NCBI RefSeq assembly: GCF_006345805.1
Contig: NW_021834304.1
Span: 1-56,420 of the forward strand
DNA: 56,420 bases
Origin: Octopus sinensis
Lineage: Eukaryota
Direction of reading: 5' to 3'
Below are positions 48,770 to 56,420 of the stretch, one piece after another (position 1 is the first letter of the stretch; each line of letters begins with the position of its first letter). The notes beneath the pieces are model-generated. The model ran no database searches and had not been told where the DNA came from. It was given only the letters and a program-made list of their open reading frames with translations. Both the position numbers and the translations under genes were made by a program.

Positions 48770-48941
48770 GCATATATACGACAGGCTTCTTTCAGTTTCC
48801 GTCTACCAAATCTACTAACAAGGCATTGGTCGGCCCGGGGCTATAGCAGAAGACACTTGCCCAAGATGCCACGCAGTGGGACTGAACCCGGAACCATGTG
48901 GTTGGTTAGCAAGCTACTTACCACACAGCCACTCCTGCGCC
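48523..48941 (-). mobile_element. SINE family A, near-consensus copy
   Basis: Full-length reverse match to 30171-30557. Confidence 0.87.
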
Positions 48942-49384
48942 TATATATATATATAAAGAGAGAGAGAGAGAGACGCACACACCTGAGTATTTTCAGAGTT
49001 GCTTTGTAAATAAATTAATGCTGAATATTCGGATAGTTTCGTGAAAGGATTTCATTCTCATTTGCATTTTCTTTTTCTTCCATTTTCTCTTTGCTCGCGT
49101 TTCTTTCTTTCTTTCTATTTTTGTCATTTAATTTTAAGTGGATTTTGAACATTTTATAAAATGCTTTCAAAACAATGCGAAAGGAATATTTGTGTATGTG
49201 TGTGTATGTGCGTGTGTGCGTGTGTGTGTGCGTTTACGTATGTATGTATATGTGTGTGTATCGTGAAATAATGCTTCCGTTTCAAATTCAGTTTTTTTTT
49301 TTATTGTTGTTGATTGGATTTTATTATGCTGAAATGTTGACGACTTGGTGAAAAGAGATATGATGTTGTTAAAACTATACAGAA

Positions 49385-49550
49385 TATGATGATGATGATG
49401 ATTATGATGATGATGATGATGATGATGATTGATGATGATGATGATGATGATGATGACGATGATGATGATGATGACGATGATGATTGATGATGATGATGAT
49501 GATGATGGCACTGATGGTGGTGGTTGTGGTGGTGGTGGTGGTGGTAGTTG
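49385..49550. repeat. (GAT)n/(GGT)n microsatellite
   Basis: Directly visible. Confidence 0.95.
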
Positions 49551-50362
49551 TAGAAAAAGAAGTGAAAAAACGTTGATGTGTGTTTTAGCATAAGTATGCT
49601 ATAAAGAAAATTGAACGAAAATTTCTATGAATCAAGTTTTAATGAAGATAATGTTTTTTTCGGTTTTTTTTTTTAAGTTAAAATTAGAGAAAAAAACTAC
49701 AAGAAGCCTAATTGCTAGAATAGAAGCAGAGAATTGGAGAATAGAATCTTAAAATCAGAAAGTAAAATCAGATTCAATGTACAAAATATTTTTGAAAGCA
49801 TCTGCATTAGTCTCTCCTGTGAAGACGTTTTGTAGAGTATCGTATTTTCTATACAAATGGAAATATTTCATTGAAACTAGACCGATATGTGTCGACGTAA
49901 GCTGAATTAATTGATTTTAAATATAACCCTAAATATAAGAGATGTTCTATCCGGTTATTAGCATCGGCAGAATATTAACAAATTAAGTGGTTGCTAATCT
50001 TTCTAATGAGAATAAAATACAAAATCACGAGTTATGAAAAAGCGAATTATTTTTTTGTAATTTACTCCTTTGCCTCTTCAAAGCATTTACATAAGTGTGG
50101 CCTAAATGTCGATCCTTGTTTTCGAACTTTTAGCTAGCCCTTAGAAAGGGCTGACTAAAGAATTTTTAGTTAGCCCCCAGAATGGGCTAACTAAAAGTCT
50201 TAGAAAGCTTTCCTTTCATAAGTTTCGCGTTACTCTGATGTTTGAGAAAAAGATGGGAATGCACATCATGCATGATTCATGAACGCCAGGGTAATATGTT
50301 CCATTGGCTCGAGTGTAGGGGCTGCTGCATGTGCCATCGCACTCGATTTCCATAAACCAAAT

Positions 50363-51680
50363 TAGAATACCTACAACATCTACAGAGGTTCTAACCATCC
50401 ACTACCGATAATCAAGCAAATAGTAAATTGCGTTGGGAGACGTGTATCCAAGCTATCCACCGATGAAGCCACTTCCAAAACAGCAGCCCCATATTACAGC
50501 GCCGCATTAGAAAGGTTCAAATTTATGAACAACTAGCAGTATGGCCGGCGTTGCTCGGGTTTGTAAGGGAAATAACTATATAAGCATTTTTAGAGAGTTA
50601 TAACTAAAAAATAGCAAAAAAATGCATTAAAAATGGAGGAAAAATGATGATAAATTTTTTTAAAATCGTTGACTCATCGTAGACATTTTTAGAGAGTTAC
50701 TTCCCTTATATAATAGCGAAAAAAATGCATTAAAATGGAAAAAAATTATGATAATTTTTTTTTTAATCGTAGACTCATCGTAGACGCGCGCTAATACCCA
50801 GAAGGGCTCGATATGAATCACGACTATAAGATACCCGCTTTTGGTTAAACTGCACCGCAAAATGTGGGAGTAGTTAGGAATCTAAATCATAGGAGACAGA
50901 CACTCACACAACCTCTCTTTTATATATAAAGATATAAACGACATCGAATAAAACTTAGATAAGCCAAAAAGACGTAGACGTAGGAAAGTTTTGTCGTATT
51001 ATCCTCCATACAGTATGAATTTGGATACATATAAAGCAAAACGATTTCTGAAACTTATAGATAACCACTTCCAACACTCACATAAATACCATTGAATCTT
51101 TAATAGAAACACGGCTGGATTTAGTAATAGTTGCTTCTCTAACATAGATGCAATGATCTTCAATCACAATATGAATATTAACATTGGGACCCCCCACCCA
51201 CGAAGGGCTTGTAGCTGCAGTTTCCCTATATATCTATCCTTTGAACAATGCGTATCTGAAAAAAGAACGGGTTTACATAGCTTATCACTGACATGGATGA
51301 GACCAGAAAAACTTACATTGGAATGACTAGAAATAGTTTCAAGGAAAGATATATACACACTGCACTCAAATTTGTTTGGAGATAAGGAAAACGACATGAA
51401 ACATCTTTGTTAAACGTATTACGGAAACTTGAAGACAGGGTGTTTCACAACTCCCATAGAAACGGCAGAATCATAGCCAAAACCGGAGAATTAAAATGAA
51501 TGAGGCACAAACAACAACTTAGACAACGAATTCTCAAGTATGACCGGTCTTGTTCCCCTCATGCGACCAGGATAAGTTTTATACAGTGGCGGCCAAAATG
51601 TTCAGAACGGCAACTGTATATTACATTAATACTGATTATATGTGAAATATGCATAATAAACACGCCCCAAGGAACTCATC
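50363..51680 (+). mobile_element. Degenerate Penelope-like element PLE3 (RT thumb to GIY-YIG), interrupted by a Helitron
   Basis: SNHPLPIIKQ; TAAPYYSAAL; RRRRKVLSYYPPYS..KRFLKLIDNHF; IFNRNT; KTYIGMTRNSFKER (from 51308). Confidence 0.78.
50533..50932 (-). mobile_element. Non-autonomous Helitron H1, copy 3
   Basis: Minus strand A|TC..CTAG|T junctions, i.e. insertion at an AT dinucleotide without TSD; same hairpin. Confidence 0.85.
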
Positions 51681-51839
51681 CAGGAATTCTAAACTACACA
51701 GATATAATAACATATACATATACGTAACAAATATAGATATCACACAATTTGCAAAATATATTTTATGAACTCACAGTTTCATTGATTAGCATACGGTCAA
51801 AACCTATGGGACCCTTCAAGAATAAGATACCTTAAAATA

Positions 51840-51920
51840 CAGATGAAATGTATACATTACTATGCATTTCTATATTTATAATAAATAGCGGGACCCGTGA
51901 ATATTTCACGGAGTTACTAG
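51840..51920 (+). mobile_element. Helitron-type 3' terminus of a second family
   Basis: Perfect hairpin CCGTGAA-TAT-TTCACGG (51895-51911) then CTAG (51917-51920) and T; 5' end not identified. Confidence 0.5.
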
Positions 51921-52176
51921 TAAACTTATTGGGTTATTTCTGAAAACTTTATCTAAAAAAAAAAAATGAAAGCGTTGCCTAGGTTGTGTTTGTATAAAAA
52001 GATAGTCGCTCGTCTGCTATTTATTGAAAAGTGAAGGAAACTGGAATACGATGATTTCTTAATGCACTTTATATATATATATCCATTACATACTTTATGC
52101 ACAATTTTGTATACTTAATTCACAGCACTCATAAAATAAATATTCACTCATATTTTCCCATTTTTCCTTTAAACAG

Positions 52177-52415
52177 AAAAAATTACATTTTAGAATTTTC
52201 ATGGTCACAATTTCATATCTAGAAAACAAAAAATTTATAGCGAAAAATATTATGTTATGTGTAAAATACATGGATCACAATTTCACGCAGGTAAAAATTT
52301 CATGCAACCTCATCGTTGGTAACTTATCAGCCAAGGCGATGGTTCAGAGCCAATACACATTTCAATTTGCGTACATCTTTCAATCCAATACTTCTTTACA
52401 GACTATGTACTTCAT
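52177..52415 (+). CDS. Candidate internal exon of an unidentified gene
   Basis: Acceptor ..TTTTTCCTTTAAACAG, open phase-0 frame throughout, donor GTAAGT at 52416. No homology recognised and composition is AT-rich. Confidence 0.2.
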
Positions 52416-52790
52416 GTAAGTTCTCCTTCTTTTCTCTTGTATGTCAGTGTTGATAAGTTTAACTTTCACATCAGATAATTTGCGAACGTTTGAGAATGCA
52501 ACATATAGCTAACCATGGACAAATACAGGTTCAGGCAAGAACGAAATAATACATAAATAGTGTATAATTATATATTATTTATTTATTACTTCGCATTTTA
52601 TTTCGTTCTAGGTAAATGTTTTATTGTGTCTTTAATTTGATTCTATATATGGTATGATTTAATTAAATCATTGTTGAATTGCTACATAGTGGTTCTTCTC
52701 TAATTTATATACATGTATTATATATTGTGAAATTTGATTTAGTATTACTAATTGCATGTTTCCCTGTAAGTTTGGAATCATTTCCCTAAC

Positions 52791-52835
<45 letters not shown>

Positions 52836-52939
52836 TATATAAACATATATGCGTGTGTGTATTGTGTGTGTTGTATGTGAATGTAGTGTATGTATGTGTG
52901 TATGGATACAGGTATATGTATGTGTATATATATATATAT

Positions 52940-53013
<74 letters not shown>

Positions 53014-53370
53014 TTATGTGATAAGGATTAATCATAAAAATGATTATATCAGTGGCCTGGGGCACAAAAATGACCGTAGTGGTAACATAAAATTTTTTGC
53101 CTATATAATTATAAAAAATTTAATTATAGTTAAGGGCTACATATATATACATATACATTTATCTGTATGTGTGTATGACCCTCAACGAAACTGCACACAA
53201 AATTATGCGCGATTGTATATGCAACTGCCTATACTCTATGTAGTAGAAACACTTGTAGGTCGTAATAATCATAAAAATATGCAATTGCAAAAAGGAAATA
53301 AATTTTGAGGATGAACAAGCCTCCATATTTTATATCGTTATAATTACTGCATATATATATATATATATAT

Positions 53371-53591
53371 CTTTTACTCTTTTACTTTTTTCAGTCATTT
53401 CACTGCGGCCATGCTGGAGCACCGCCTTTAATCGAGCAACTCGACCCCGGCACTTATTCTTTTGTAAGCCCAGTACTTATTCTATCGGTCCCTTTTGCCG
53501 AACCGCTAAGTGACGGGGACATAACACACCAGCATCGGTTGTCAGCAATGCTAGGGGGACAAAACACAGACAACACAAACATACACGCACA

Positions 53592-53643
<52 letters not shown>

Positions 53644-53797
53644 TACGACGGGCTTCTTTCAGTCCGTCTACCAAATCCACTCACAAGGCTTTGGTCGGCC
53701 CGAGGCTATAGTAGAGACACTTTCCCAAGGTGCCACGCAGTGGGACTGAACCCGCAACCATGTGGTTAGTTAGCAAGCTACTTACCACACAGCCACT
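53371..53797 (-). mobile_element. SINE family A
   Basis: Reverse match to 30171-30557. Confidence 0.85.
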
Positions 53798-53798
53798 A

Positions 53799-53829
<31 letters not shown>

Positions 53830-54795
53830 ACATTAGCATATTTCTATATTTTGTGTGAATATTTTTGTTTGTGTGTGTGTATATGATTATATCTGTGTCT
53901 GTCTGAGTAATTCCGAGTTTGCGGGAAAGCTGGAGATATGTAATCACGTATGTATCTATGTATCACCCTAAATGTCCAAAAGGTTTCGTTCAGCTCTACA
54001 GTGAATGGAATATGTGAGCATTTTTCTACTGCAGAATTAAACATTATTCCCCGATAAAATCTACTACTTTTCACTAAAACCCAAAATTTTATAACTACAT
54101 TGTTTTTTTTGTTTTTTTTTCTTTTTTTCTGTTTATGAAATATTATATATTCTAAATATTTCTTCCTCCCTATTCTCTACGTAATCACGACTCTCATACA
54201 GCTACAATGATCTACCACTTCTAGTTAGAAGCAGGCACCTACGACATGCCAACTAAATTTATTCAATTAAATTTATCCAATTGAGTAAACGAAATTTATT
54301 CAAATGGTAAAGATTGGCCGTCTAGATTACATTCTCTCTAAAAGCTTCTAAAAATAACTTATATAAATTCGGTATTATTAAACATATTATGGCTAATACA
54401 CATACAAAAACACAGGTATACACTCAGGCGTGCATATGCAAGCATGTGAATATACGCATATATACCTATATACATGTAAGAACAGAGAAATATGCATCCA
54501 CATATAGGTACACATTTACACGTGCGCATTCACGCACACACACACAACACACACACACACATATACACACATACCAATACATACAAGAGTAAGTCATAAA
54601 ATAAAGTAATTTAATTTTTGCCTTTTGATTCAGCCTCGTAAATACATGCACAGGTTTTTGTGTGTGTGTGTGTGTGTGTGTGTTTGTGCGCATGTACGTA
54701 TACATATACGCTCACGCACATATCTGGTATGTGTATGTGTCTATGTTTGAAAAATCCTGGGAAATTTACCAATATATAGAAATAAATTTAAACAT

Positions 54796-54796
<1 letters not shown>

Positions 54797-54866
<70 letters not shown>

Positions 54867-55088
54867 AAGAAGAAGAAGAAGAAGAAGAAGGAGAAGAAGG
54901 AGGAGGAGAAGAGGAGAGACGAGAAGAAGAAGAAGAAGAAGAAGGAGAAGAAGAAGAAGAAGAAGAAGAAGAGAAGAAGAAGAAGGAGAGAAGAAGAAGA
55001 AGAAGAAGAAGAAGAAGAAGAAGAAGAAGAAGAAGAAGAAGAAGAAGAAGAAGAAGAAGAAGAAGAAGAAGAAGAAGAAGAAGAAGAA
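54797..55088. repeat. (TAA)n then (GAA)n microsatellite
   Basis: Directly visible. Confidence 0.97.
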
Positions 55089-56420
55089 TGGGACTGTACA
55101 AATGTGGAGCAAGGCTATAGGGAAGGAATTCGGTATCACGAAGTGTGCAGTGCTTCCTTTGAAGCTGGGAAAAAGAGTAAATTGTAGGGCAAAGAATTGC
55201 CAAACGGAGAGAGAATGGAAAACCCGGTTGGTGATGGGTTCAAGTCCCTTGAGATCCTGGAGCTAGACAATGCATTGCACAAAGAAATGAAAGACAAGAT
55301 CATCACAGCATATTTCAAGCGCCTCAAACTTCTCTTGTGATCAAAGCTCAACTCAAGGAATCTTGTGACTGCCATCAACATATGGGCTGTTACTGTAGTC
55401 CGCTATAGTGCACCAATCTTGAGATAGTCAAGCGGAGATTGACTAACTGTATCGCACTACCCGAAAGACGATGACAATGCTGGTGCCCTCTACCCTAAGG
55501 CGAATGTACACAGGCACTACCTGAAGAGAGGTAAAGGTGGACGTGGGCTGATTAGCGTAGTGGGGGCATCAACACTGAAAGAAGAAACATGACAGAATAT
55601 TTGTGTAAACAGCAAACAAGATTTGCTACAGTATACTGCTAGTGCTTGAGAATTTACCAAAAATGGACTCGAAAGTGCTAATGAATTCCGATAACGAATA
55701 GCCAACGACAGAGAAGACAACCCTACTCCGCGTGGAATTATATGCTCAGTTCCGCCGTGAAACAACAACTTAAAGATCAGGAAGCATCGTGAAGGTGGCT
55801 CAGAAAGGTGACCTACAACGGAGACTGACAGCCTAATCATCGCTTCCAGGATCAGGCATTAGGTACCAACTCCGTGAAAAGGGATATATACCACACAAGT
55901 GCAACAAACCTCTGCAGAACGTGTAGGAAGAGGTCGAAAGCATGATTCACATTGTTATTGGTGTGAAAAGTCTTGCGCAGAAGAGTACAAGCGCATACAC
56001 GACAAGGTAGCCCAAAACCTTCACTGGCTACTATGCCGTAAGTATAGATACGAGGTAACGGGTGTTTGGTACCAGCATACACCGGAAAAGGTAAGGGACG
56101 TAACGGGAAGGCAAAATCCTCTGGGACTTTGACTTCCAGACAGAAAGGTATTAGAGCACTGAAGGCCGTATATAGTAACTTTAGGAAGGACAACACAAGA
56201 GTGCCTAATAATCGACGTGGCTGAGCCAGAAGATCAATATATCATCATGAAAGAAAGAGAAAAGGTTGATAAATATGGAGATCTGAGAATTGAGATCGCT
56301 AAGATGTGGCAGCTATGAGAGTTGAACATCTGAGCATTGGGTTCAATATCACCCAACCCCAAAAACATCTGGAACTTTAGAAATACCCTACAATTTAGGT
56401 AATTGCAAATCGTCATTACT
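55089..56420 (+). mobile_element. R4/Dong-like LINE, 5'-truncated and degenerate, running off the window
   Basis: EFGITKCAVL; HKEMKDKI..AYFKRLKLLL.SKLNSRNLVTAIN; GGRGLISV; HDKVAQNLHWLLC; LIIDVA; EKVDKYGDLRIEIAKMW. Confidence 0.88.

Overview
Eukaryotic, very AT-rich, almost entirely repetitive DNA, probably intronic or intergenic. The SINE set and extreme (TA/CA/GATA/TAA/GAA)n content suggest an octopus-like cephalopod genome; this is inference, not verified. No host protein gene could be confidently identified, and most ORFs in the supplied track are microsatellite artefacts. The window contains three Penelope-like elements (PLEs, RT plus GIY-YIG). One is nearly complete and carries a ~1.33 kb inverted copy of its own 3' part, with a hammerhead ribozyme (HHR) motif in each arm. 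Also present: a mariner transposon; RTE, R4/Dong-like and HERO-like LINE fragments; an ORF1-only L1/Tx1-like insertion that splits a SINE head; non-autonomous Helitrons; a piggyBac-type MITE; a ~480 bp foldback palindrome; and many tRNA-derived SINEs of at least four families. Best candidate for something new: the ~430 bp unit at 5314-5743, a tRNA-like Pol III head, an (AAC/AAT)n spacer and an intact minimal HHR, with an inverted copy of the HHR tail fused to its 5' end. It looks like a ribozyme-bearing SINE/retrozyme mobilised by Penelope machinery. All alignments and translations were done by eye and coordinates of diverged repeats are approximate.
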